A DNA stretch of 60,889 nucleotides, taken from positions 1 to 60,889 of the forward strand of contig NIVC01004094.1 of the NCBI GenBank assembly GCA_002269645.1, in the 5' to 3' direction. Every line of letters begins with the position of its first letter. Position 1 is the stretch's first letter. Source of the stretch: Macrostomum lignano. Its lineage: Eukaryota. This document shows, in pieces, positions 29,859 through 40,819 of this stretch. Below the pieces are notes generated by a model. It saw nothing but the letters and a program-made list of their open reading frames with translations. It was not told the origin of the DNA and ran no database searches. A program made the position numbers and the translations under genes.

Positions 29859-31536
29859 TCAGGACTTCTTGTGCTTGCGAGCGTCCTGGCACTTGGGGCA
29901 GAACCACTTGCCCTTGGGCTTGGTGCTCAGGCCCACGCAGTTGAAGTGAAACCACTCGATCGGGCAGTCGACATTGTCGCAGCCGATCATGTCGCCGTAG
30001 GACACCTGGTGGCAGATGCAGTAGGTCGGCTCGTTCGGGTCCACCGGCATGTCCAGCACCTCCGCCGGGTTGTTCGTCAGCGTCAGGGTCAGCGCCGCCG
30101 TGATCGGCAGGCCGGACGGCGGCAGTTGCGACGCTGCATCGTCGGCCGTGGAGGCCGCCGTTCCCGCCTCCAGCTTGATGGACTTGCGCCCGGACGCCGC
30201 GTCAGCGCCGTTGTCCGCGTCGGCGCGCTGGCGCCGTTTCCGACCGCGTCGGGCGCCGCTTGGCTCGCCAGCGCCGTCGTCTCCACCGTCGACCGCGTCG
30301 GCGCCTCCGCCGCCGCCAGAAGCACCGACACCGGCGGCGCCACCGCCTTTAGCGGCGCGGTTGGCGCGCTCCTTGAGCTCGGCCTCAAAGCGGGCCAGGT
30401 CAGTGTCCAGCCGGCGGATGTGTCGGTCCACCATCTCGTATGTCTGCATGGCCAGCTGCACCTGCCAGACGGTCACCAATTGAAACAGGCTTAATGTGAG
30501 CTTCCTTCTGATGGCTCTCTGATACCAGGATGAACAGAGCTCAGACTCACGCATCACGCTTCAGGGTAAAAAGGTTTTGTTTACAAGCCTGTGAGATCAC
30601 AACTGCTGCATGCTGCACTAATCGAAGGGTAACACACCTGACTCTAAGGTTACACACCTGACTCTAAGGTAAACACATCTGACACCAATGTAACACACCT
30701 GACTCCAAGGTAACACATCTGACACCAATGTAACACACCTGACTCCAAGGTAACACATCTGACACCAATGTAACACACCTGACTCCAAGGTAACAAACCT
30801 GACTCTAAGGTAACACACCTGACTCTAAGGTAACACACCTGACTCCAAGGTAACACACCTGACTCTAAGGTAAACACACCTGACTCTAAGGTAAACACAC
30901 CTGACTCCAAGGTAACAAACCTGACTCCAAGGTAACACACCTGACTCCAAGGTAACACACCTGACTCTAAGGTAAACACACCTGACTCTAAGGTAAACAC
31001 ACCTGACTCCAAGGTAACAAACCTGACTCCAAGGTAAACACACCTGACTCTAAGGTAACACACCTGACTCTAAGGTAAACACACCTGACTCTAAGGTAAA
31101 CACACCTGACTCTAAGGAAAACACACCTGAATCCAGGGTAACACACCTGACTCTAAAATAACACACCTGACTCTAAGGTAAACACACCTGAATCTAAGGT
31201 AAACACACCTGACTCTAAGATAACACAACTGACTCTAAGGAAACACACCTGACTCCAAGGTAGCATACTATAATAGCCTCCTCCACTCACTTTCTCATCA
31301 GCAAGCACCCGCCCTCGGGAGAAGAACGCGCCAATCTCTTTGCACTTGTCAGCTCGCTCGGCCTTGCCCATAGACCGCGCTTCGGTCAGGTACTTGGCGG
31401 TGGCCTCCTCGGCCTCGCCCAGAATTGACTGCACCTTCTGATCGTGGTCGCGAATCAGATTGAAATTCCGTTCCAGGTCAGCCGGCAAGCTTTCCAAGCT
31501 GTCCAGATAGTGCTCCAGGTACATCGCGGATGCCAT
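29859..31536 (-). CDS. ING4/ING5: Inhibitor of growth protein 4/5 (PHD finger); exons 31536-31291 and 30461-29859
   Basis: [23 protein letters not shown]; EK|[25 protein letters not shown]; [52 protein letters not shown]. Confidence 0.96.
30625..31260. repeat. 20-21-bp minisatellite in the ING intron (gtaacacacctgactctaag)
   Basis: Tandem array. Confidence 0.93.
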
Positions 31537-31649
31537 CTTGGCTGATAGCGCATGCGATAATTTGCAGGTATTAAATTCTAAATAAATCAATAAATAATAA
31601 TTAATACAGAACGTAATATTAAAGCTAATCAGTATGACTGAATAAGGCA

Positions 31650-31850
31650 TTGATCCTAATCCCATTAGGCATCAGTCCTATTCCCATTAGGCATCAATCC
31701 TATTCCCATTAGGCATCAATCCTATTCCCATTAGGCATCAATCCTATTCCCATTAGGCATCAATCCTATTCCCATTAGGCATCAATCCTATTCCAATCAG
31801 GCATCGATCCTAACCCCATTAGGCATCAATCTTACTCCTATTAGGCATGG
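31650..31850. repeat. 22-bp minisatellite (ttcccattaggcatcaatccta)
   Basis: Tandem array between ING and DPM3. Confidence 0.9.
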
Positions 31851-32307
31851 AGCCTACCAGAGGAAAGCAGAGAAGCCAGGAAGACACATAGCAAAGAGAA
31901 AATGTATTTAATAATTTTGACAGCTTGCAAAATTGACAGTAGAAATTCACAGCCATTATCCAAGAAACAGTAATGTATCAATATTGTCTAAAACTACAAA
32001 ATCAGCCAGTCGAGGTCGAAAGCACCGAAGCCAGCGGAGGGACAGAAGGGCATAAATAGAGAGGATTATTGGCAATAAAAATGCAGGTTTCCAATGGACG
32101 GGGCAGGACTGGAAGGCACCGCAAAGTGATTTATTAAAGGCTGACTTTATTAAAATAAAACAAACATGTTTATAAAGAGTTCGTGAAAAAGCTTTGAAAG
32201 TTTCAAAACAAAAGCCAGAATTTCTAAGCTGCTTTAAAGCTTGGTTGAATATTATTTTGTAAAGTTAAAACGGCCCTTTTCAGGGCACCCATAACCATAT
32301 ATGGAAG

Positions 32308-32607
32308 TCAGGAAGCGGCTGTAAACGTGAAGCCGCGCTTAGCCAGATCCGCCTTGGCCGTCTCGATCTCCTTCACCAATTCGGCGTGCGCCTGCGGACA
32401 GTCGACAAAGGTGAGCACGCGGTAGACAACAGTGATTAGGGAGGCCAGGCCCAGCGCCAGGGCGCAGTACACGGGCAGGAAGGCGGCCGCGTGGCGCCAG
32501 ACGAGCCCAGGGTTAGCGGGCGCCACGGCGCCAGACAGCATCAGCAGCCAGGCGGTTAGGAGGGCCAGGCCGGCGAGCAGCCATTGATGCAGCTTAGTGA
32601 GAGCCAT
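32308..32607 (-). CDS. DPM3: Dolichol-phosphate mannosyltransferase subunit 3
   Basis: MTKL.QWL..., two TM helices, V.YRV.TF.DCP.A..EL..EI..AKADL.KRGF.F signature. Confidence 0.92.
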   Translation of the reverse strand: MALTKLHQWLLAGLALLTAWLLMLSGAVAPANPGLVWRHAAAFLPVYCALALGLASLITVVYRVLTFVDCPQAHAELVKEIETAKADLAKRGFTFTAAS

Positions 32608-32890
32608 GATAGGCCAGCTGCGGGATATTCATTGAAATCGATCAATCAAGACTTTATAGTTATTGACATTTTGACGTGTCGAGTTAGTTACGAGCGTATA
32701 AAAATATGAATCGAGTTATCTTTTGCCGATAGGGCACAGGTTCGTTCACACTGCCATTAAATTGGACAATTTTTTGGACAAATACAAACATACATGCGCA
32801 ACCTCCAAAAATCGGTCAGCCGTGCGACTTAGTTTTAACAAAAATGCGACTTACATGTAAAAAACCTTAAAGCAAAATTAACGCAACTTT

Positions 32891-32954
32891 GGGTAAACGG
32901 CAGGAATAACTATGACTGTCTTATTAACCCAAAATGCCTCGTCAGCTACTTAGT
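32891..32954 (+). pseudogene. 64-bp degenerate 28S rDNA fragment (H69-H71, R2/I-PpoI target region)
   Basis: gggtaaacggcaggaataactatgactgtctta-ttaaccca-aaatgcctcgtcagctacttagt aligns without gaps to the conserved GGGTAAACGGCGGGAGTAACTATGACTCTCTTA-AGGTAGCC-AAATGCCTCGTCATCTAATTAGT; 51/56 identity outside the central 8 nt. Confidence 0.75.
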
Positions 32955-33644
32955 ACTATTACTTTAGATTTTTCGGGTGGGCTTTTTTGCGACTTCCTAG
33001 GTTGGCCGCCAGATCGGTTGGCCGGATCTGCCGACTCTTGCACATGTATGAATACAAATACTCAGTACCCGTTTCTAACCGAGTTTTAACGAGCATTAGA
33101 CGAGTAGTCATTCGCAATCAACCATTCGCAACTGACCCGTCAAGTTTGATGTCGATGGGATTGAAGTTTTTTTAAACTTTTTTAAAGTAATATTCACGAT
33201 TTTATTTCCTAGGAAAGGCAGAAAATCAACTTTTATGAAGTGATTTTTCCCGCGAAATTGAATGATTTTAAAAAAGCTGCACAGCGCAGCATGCTTTTTG
33301 ATCTGGCACTCAGAATTCTTCCCCTTTTTCAGATGCTCGGTACTTGATAACTCGCTCAGCTCTGGTCCCGAGTTCCCGACTTTTCTTCGAGTCGGACACG
33401 AGCCCAGACTTTTGCCGGGATTCTCGGCAGAACTTTTTCGTGCCTCGGACCGGAACAGGCTTAGCAGTCCGAATATTAAAATAAATGACGGACATTGCGA
33501 CAACGATGTTGAGAAACACATGGTATATAAGTTAGCGACTGTCAACACAAAAAGCAGAAGAGCGACAGAAAATCGATCGATAAATTATTTTATTTCAATA
33601 AGTCGAAAACAGACAAAAAAGTTATTCAGACACGGCTGAGATCG

Positions 33645-34496
33645 TCAGCCCAGCAGCTTGGCCAGCAGGTCGGCCCGCTCGGCGCCAACCCGAGCCAGGC
33701 AGGCGGGCAGACAGAGCAGCTGGAAGGCCAGCACCGCCTGCAGGCAGATGGCCGCGTAGGCCAGCCGAGCTCCGGCCGTGTCGGCCGAGTAGGCGAGTCC
33801 TCCGCTGCCTCCGGAGGTTGTCGTTGCCGCCGTCAGTTCGCCGACCAGAACGTGCAGGCAGGCGACAAAGGCAACTGTGGCCAGCAGGGCGATGCTGGCG
33901 CAGGCGAACGCGGCGAATAGAAGGCGACGCTGGACGGCGAATTGGCGAGCGGCGAAAGCGGCCAGAGCCAGGAGGGCGAGGCAGGCGGCCAGGCAGACGG
34001 GGGTGGCGGCCTGGCACAGCAGCATGGCGGGCCGGAAGCGGCACAGGGTCGGCAGGGCCGCGCAGTCGGGGGGCTCGGAGGCGCAGCGCAGGCCGCCGCT
34101 GCTGTTGCCGGGCACAGCCAGGTCGCAGTGATGGCCGAGGCTCAGCAGGCGGGTGACGGCGACAGCGGGAGGCTGATGGCGGCTGCGCGGTCGCGAAGAT
34201 GTCGACGACGCCGTCGCGCCTCCAGTGGCGACCTCGCGCACCAGATCGGAGACGAGAGGCGCGCACACGGCCAGGCAGACGGCGAAGCAGGCCAGGATGC
34301 CCACGGACAGGTGAACCGGGCGGAGCCGCTTCAGTCGCCAAGCGGGACCCCCGCCGCAGGCGGCTGCGGCCAGCAGGGGCGGCAGCGACTGGCGGCGGCT
34401 CTCGGGGGAGATAGCGGCGTCGCGGCCTTCAGCGTCGGCAAGAAGCGGCAGTTTTGAATTGTCATCGTCGGCACGGTACCCGGGCGAGCAGCTCAT
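33645..34496 (-). CDS. Intronless four-TM protein, claudin/PMP22-superfamily-like
   Basis: Four hydrophobic segments; the first loop has SLGHHC...C cysteines; short Tyr-containing loop before TM4. Family call is tentative. Confidence 0.6.
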   Translation of the reverse strand: MSCSPGYRADDDNSKLPLLADAEGRDAAISPESRRQSLPPLLAAAACGGGPAWRLKRLRPVHLSVGILACFAVCLAVCAPLVSDLVREVATGGATASSTSSRPRSRHQPPAVAVTRLLSLGHHCDLAVPGNSSGGLRCASEPPDCAALPTLCRFRPAMLLCQAATPVCLAACLALLALAAFAARQFAVQRRLLFAAFACASIALLATVAFVACLHVLVGELTAATTTSGGSGGLAYSADTAGARLAYAAICLQAVLAFQLLCLPACLARVGAERADLLAKLLG

Positions 34497-36377
34497 GGCG
34501 CGCACAAATTTGAGCAGTGTATTGGATTGGCTTGAGCAGATAGGGCCGGGATTCACAATTTCTTAGATTTTGTCTTCAGTTTATATATAATTTTTTGTTA
34601 CAAGGCCTTAGGCTGTAAGACTGTGGGGTGGTGGGGCAGGCGGACAAGAGCGGGGGTTGCAATGTACACTCGCGCACGGAACAGAGGGGGCGGGTGACTG
34701 GCGGTTGTACACAGTGGGGGGAGGCTAACGAACACTTAAAAAGGGTAGTCTGTAATTAAAAGGCTAATGTAAGTAAACAAGTCTATGAAATCACGTGACT
34801 GGTCCTGACTTACGTACAAAGCAATCAATCTTAAACTTGTCGTCATCATCATTAGAAAGCTATAGGCCAGTTCAGGTGCGTTCCGTCAAATCCAAGATCA
34901 CCTACTGAAGAGTAGCAAGAAATGAATGTGAAGCGTATCATTTCCTAAAGTTAGCGAAAAAATCGAACATATAACATGTTATGGGTGGGACGGTCCTGGC
35001 TCTTGTAAACACTACTATTGACTATAGTCATCAGAAACTAATTTTTGCACTAGAACATAGTTTGGTGTTGTTATTTTATGATTCAGTTGTACTGGCCATT
35101 GATAGCAAAAAGAATAGCCTTTAAACCAGTTGTCACAAATCAGTCCTGACCAGTTATGAGTTTGAATATTTTATTAGACAATATATTGAATCTGTGCTTC
35201 CATTTTTGATAAAGTTGAAAAGCACTTTCACTGTGACTATGAACACTAGTTAGTTATTGCATTTCTAATCAAAACATGTTCATTGGTGAGAAGACCAGAG
35301 TTCTATGCAGAGAACTGCACAGTAAAAGTCAAAAGGCTTTGCTATATTTGGGCAAGGCAGTTTTACATGGAATCAACTATATATCTCCAGTCCAGGTGCA
35401 GCATCTGGACCTAGCAAAGTTGAGAAAATACTACCAGAATTCTCCACAAGGATGGCCCAGTCTTAGCAATTCTCCCACAACGAAGTTACCATGATTGACA
35501 GGGAATGGAGACAACTGGTATTGGAGATTTCTACTAAAAAATAAAAATTCTAGAACACTACTTGGTCTGCTATCTTACACTTCTGGCTCATTTTTGAAGT
35601 GTAAGGATATCCAACAAGGAACTGCAGTTTCTTGCTATGTTATGCATTGCCGCTACTACTCTCACAGTGCCTTGTGGAAATGCCAAAGTCAAATGCATAT
35701 TTTCTAGTTTGGCAGACCTGCTCACTTGAAAGTGCAACTTGCTGGATTCATCTACCTTTGTGTTTGTCTACTCTTCCATGGCTTCCTTAAGTCATTAGAA
35801 GAAATGTAAAATATTCACTGACCACTAATTTCATTTGAAAATATTGAATATTGCACTCCTTATAGTAAAACAAAGTGATTGCATTTAAAATCAAAGCCAC
35901 TGAGCACTACATTAACACTATAGCCAGGAAGAAGACATGTATATTAGAAATTTCTGGGGTATGCTTAAGAAATTTGGCATACATATTAATGCAGTGATTT
36001 TGGGCTTTTGGTATATGTTTGATACTTTGGTGAGTGACATACTTAAAAATTAAAAAAAAGTATGCTATTAATAATAATCAAAATAGTTGTCCGAGATATA
36101 AGATTGTAAAATTTTATAACTAATTGATGCAAAACTGATTTCTGTGTTTTTTACAAGTTAAGGGTTTGACTTCTAACAAAAATATACAAATTTTATTGTC
36201 TTTTTTAAAATACATGGAATACTATATAAAAAAAGTATTTTTTTTAGTTTTTAACTTTGTTTAATTGAAAAAATCCAATTACTAGTCCAATTTCGAAATT
36301 GATGATTTAAAGTGTTGCATAAAATAGTATAAATATATCATAAAATAAAGATTGTATAAAATATATCATTATATAAA

Positions 36378-36943
36378 AGTAGTAGTATGTTATAAGGGGC
36401 TGCGCCACACTTAATTGCTCGGGCGCATTGCGCGCCAGCTCGCTGGATGACTCAGCCCCTTATAACATACTACTACTACCAGGAGGTCATGGATTCAAGT
36501 GGGTGTGTGATATGTAAATATACATATATCTGTGAGTGAGGGTGTTGAGGGTGAGGGCATGTGGGGGGCATTGGCCTGTGGAATATTTCACCGAACACAG
36601 ATTTTCCGGAATTTTTATACTTTTAAAAAGGGGGGGTGCCCTCGCCCTCATGCCCTCACTCATTTTGAAAATCACTAAAAATAAGTGAAAAATGACTAAA
36701 AACAGGTGAAAATGGTCTGAAAACAGCGATTTTTTGTGATTTTCTAATTTTTTTAAAAAGTGCAATTTTCACGATTCCAGCTCTAAAACCATGAGAAAAG
36801 TTGGATTCACGGGTCAATTTAATGCAATTTCAGGTATATACAATATGAAAGTGTCATCTAATTTGACGATAGTAAATTTTATATATATAAAATGGCCTTC
36901 AGTAAACCATTATTTCTAGGAAATGCTTTAGATATTCAGTCAG
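36378..36943 (+). repeat. Left terminal inverted repeat
   Basis: Reverse complement of 54078-54642, differing by ~3 substitutions and one 1-bp indel. Confidence 0.97.
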
Positions 36944-36985
36944 GTATAGACATAATTGACAATTAGGCATAATCGCCATATAAAA

Positions 36986-37726
36986 ATGAATGATAAAAAT
37001 GAACACATCTATCCTGTGGTTGAGCTGCATGAAGCAGATTTGAGGGAGCGGGACTATTTCAATCAGAGAAAGGGTGAAATCAAAGGCAGTATTGAATGCA
37101 TTACGAAAGATCTTACAATTTATAGCAAAAAGGTAAAAAAGTACAAACGACAAAGTAGCAGGATAAATTGGATCAACATTGTGACAGGAAATGTAAGTCT
37201 CTTGGCTGCTACAGGAATTGGCATAGCAACATCGATACTGACATTGAATCCCTTAGTTATTGGAGTAGTAATCGGGGCAATGAGTGGTTTTGAAGCTGTA
37301 AAATCCACGTCGTTGTTTGCAACTGTGAAAATGCATTGCCAAAAGCAGAAGGCAAAATACATTGTTCTCAGAGATCTGGCAAATCAATACAGAGAGAGAT
37401 TGTATATTTACTCCCAAAAAGCAGTTGATGATTATAGATTAACTCTTGAAGAGGTTCAAGCAGCTGCTGCAATTTATTCAGAATACAGAGAGAAAAGAGA
37501 CCAATTGTTAGACACCTGTGTTGCGCCTGAAGAAGTTAACCATTCGGAAGTCGTTGATAAAATCCTCAAAGAGAGTAGACTTGGTCAATCAGCGAAGGAA
37601 AAAATTAAAAAGGAACTGCTGGAGAAAGATCTGAGAGAAAAATTGGGTCTAGCTGATAAGCCAAAAGAGTACTCGGCAACACTCAATCTTCAATCAAATG
37701 CTCCAAGTGCACCCCCCTATGCTTGA
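36986..37726 (+). CDS. Polinton two-TM/hydrophobic-hairpin protein ending in PSAPPY
   Basis: Hydrophobic hairpin NIVTGNVSLLAATGIGIATSILTLNPLVIGVVIG; start at TAAAAATG; C-terminus NAPSAPPYA*. Confidence 0.8.
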   Translation: MNDKNEHIYPVVELHEADLRERDYFNQRKGEIKGSIECITKDLTIYSKKVKKYKRQSSRINWINIVTGNVSLLAATGIGIATSILTLNPLVIGVVIGAMSGFEAVKSTSLFATVKMHCQKQKAKYIVLRDLANQYRERLYIYSQKAVDDYRLTLEEVQAAAAIYSEYREKRDQLLDTCVAPEEVNHSEVVDKILKESRLGQSAKEKIKKELLEKDLREKLGLADKPKEYSATLNLQSNAPSAPPYA

Positions 37727-37751
37727 GTCTGTTTAATTTTTTTTCTTAAAA

Positions 37752-40700
37752 ATGGAAAGGAAAATACCAGCGGCCTCTTATGAATTCGATCTCGACTCCG
37801 TTGAAGAAATTCGCGGTTTAATCTCCCCAATTCTTTCCGAATATTTGATGGCTAGAGATTCAATAAAATACAGAATTTCCTTTGTCGCAGAATTTTATAA
37901 AGGAACTACCGACAGTTGGATTGAGTTCCAATATCATTCAAAGTATCGAACTTTGTTAAATCTTCTCCAAGTGGAAACTAGTATAGAAAGTACAATTCAG
38001 GATGTTCTGGATGAATTCGATGGATGGAAGGATAGTTTTAATGAAAGGGGATCAGGATATTATTTTGTTAAGTTAGTAAAGATTGTGTTGAAAGTTGTTG
38101 GCATTAATCAGTTGAAAGGAGGAACTTATATTCTAATTCCAATTAAATCAAACGCATTAGTAAATGTTAAGAACACTAAAGACAATAGGTGCTTTCTCTG
38201 GTCTATTTTAGCAAAGCTCCATCCTGTGAAGGAACATAGATATAGAGTTGGTAAGTATACACAGTATATAAATGAAATAAACTTAGGAGACGTTAAATTT
38301 CCAGTGGACATTCGAGATATCTCTGAGATTGAAAAGTTGAACAGTCTTCATATAAATGTGTTTGGATTGAGGGATATAAATACTAAAGAGTCAATATATT
38401 CTATTCGTCTGACAGAAGATTACGACAACCCCAATGTTATTGATTTACTACTTGTTGAAAATCATTATTGCTTAATAACAGACTTGTGTTTATTCCTCAC
38501 GTCCCAAAATTACAACAGGGTTTTTCTTTGTCGAAAGTGTCTTCAAGTCAAATACTCCCAGGATGCACTGGATAATCATAAAGCAATCTGTAATGACTTC
38601 AAAGTGTCAATTGAAGTTCCAAAGATTGATAAGAGGATATTAAAGTTTAAAAACTACCACATGAGTGTAAGAAAACCATTTGTGTTTTATGCAATATTAG
38701 ATTATGTAACGATGGATGATAAATCACTAGAGCTATCACAATGGACACTTTTTACTAGTTCCGACTATGAGGACATTATAAAATCAAATATTATTTTAAA
38801 TACTACAGTGGAATCATTCGTTGAAACCGTAATAAAAAAGTTTGAGCATATAAAAAATGAAATGGATAGATATAAACATCCAAGATTAAGTGATGTCGAA
38901 GAGACTGATTACAAAGCGGCAGAACAATGTTTTCTCTGCTCAAGGCCATTTGTAGATAGTAAAAAAATTCGAGAGCATAATCACTACAATGGTAAATATC
39001 GCGGCGCAGCATGTCAATCATGTAATACCAAGGAGGGCAAGGCGAATCAAACGTACCGTTGTTTCTCCTGAATGAATCTGGAAAAGATCTAAACTATTTG
39101 ATAGTTCCATTAACACGAATAAAGAATACAGCTTATAAATTGGATTTCATTTCTAAAACATCGGAAGACCATGTTGCAATTAAGTGGGGGAATTATACCA
39201 GTGGTGTTGTGTTTTTAGATGGATCTAGGTTTTTGGAACCACCATTTACACTCTCTGAAGAAGAAATAAAATATTTGCCACCCAGTGATACAACAGCAGT
39301 AATTAGAAAGATTTACTCATTTGTCAACGCTTTTGAGAAGTTTCGATCAACATTTTTGAAATATTTCAAGATAGATCCTGCGTATTGCTTTTCCCTTTCT
39401 GGATTATCGTGGGCATGTGGGTTGAAATATACTAATGTGGAATTGGAATTACTTGGTGATAAAGAAATGATATCCATGGTAGAAAGTGGTATTCGCGGCG
39501 GTTTCTCTGGAGTTCTTGGAGATCGATATAAAAAAATGAATAACAAGTATTTAGAAAGTTATGACAGCAATTCTGAATCGTCGTACATGCTATACTTGGA
39601 CAAGAATAATTTATATGGTGAAGCAATGATGAAAAATCTACCTGTGGGAGATTTCAAGTTTGAAAATGATCTAGAGTATCACAAGAATATTCCTAATGGC
39701 AGGGGTTGTTTTCTTGAAGTTGACCTTCAATATACAGAGGAATGTAAGAAAGCTACAAGTAAATATCCACTGGCTCCTGAGAAACGGACAACTAGGTTTG
39801 AGGATTTATCTGATATACAGAAGCAATATCTTGAAGTCGAAAAGAAAAAGTTTGTTCAATCCAAGTTGATGTTGACATTTTACAACAAGGAGAAATATGT
39901 TTTACATCACAGACTACTTGAGTTTTATGAGAAGATGGGCATGCGAGTTACGAGAGTTTATAGAATTCTTTCATTCAAAGAGTCAAACTGGTTGAGTAAA
40001 TACATCGAATTTAATACCAGGCGGAGAATGGAAGCAAAAACTAAATTTGAGAAAGACCTGTGGAAACTACTGAACAATTCATTCTACGGTAAAACAATCG
40101 AAAATGTAAAGAATAGGTCGAACCCTCATCTTGTAGCTGAAGAAAAAACTGCAAGGCGTTATTTTTCCAAACCAAATTTCAAAGATTTCATTATGTTTAG
40201 TGAGGATGCAGTTGGTGTCCAAATGTACAAAAAGACAATTGCGTGTGACAAGCCAATTTATTTAGGGATGGCCATTCTGGATTATGCAAAAATGCTAATG
40301 TACGATTGCTATTACAATGTTATTGAGAAGAATTGGAACAGCTGTCAATTGCACTATTCTGATTGTGATTCGTTGATATTCTCAGTGATTACTCAGGATG
40401 TTTATGAGGATCTTGAAAAAATTAAAGAACACTTAGACACATCGGATTATCCAACAGAGCATCCACTATACTCCGAGACGAACAAGAAAGTTATTGGAAA
40501 GTTGAAAGATGAAATGAATGGCTCAATAATTTCCGAAGCTGTATTCCTGCGGTCAAAGGAGTATGCTTTCACTACAGTTTCAGGGGAGTGTGTTACGATC
40601 AAGGGGGTTGATAAAAGCAGTACAAATATAAAGTTTGAAACATTTAAAAACATACTATTGACAGATTACAAAGATATTCAAAGAGGTAGAGTAAGTATGA

Positions 40701-40819
40701 CTGTATCTGAAAAAAATAAAATATATATTCGTGAGATTATGAAACAAACAATGAGTCCGTTAGATGATAAAAGATATTATTTGGATCCTATCAGATCTAT
40801 TCCTCATCAGCCAATGTAA
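37752..40819 (+). CDS. polB: Protein-primed family B DNA polymerase with C2H2 and endonuclease-VII-like inserts; one frameshift near 39050
   Basis: Motif A YLDKNNLYGEAM, motif B KLLNNSFYGKT, motif C YSDCDS; CFLC...EHNHYNGKYRGAACQSCN; adding one base joins the two ORFs into ~1022 aa. Confidence 0.95.

Noticed and set aside
32891-32954. Functional rRNA gene, or a direct link to the group I intron
   Set aside because: It is only 64 bp with no flanking rDNA. The intron's exons are PLA2 sequence, not rDNA, so proximity alone is not evidence of a connection.
39040-39075. Programmed ribosomal frameshift joining the two pPolB ORFs
   Set aside because: There is no slippery heptamer; a single missing base explains it, and similar gaps occur in host genes.
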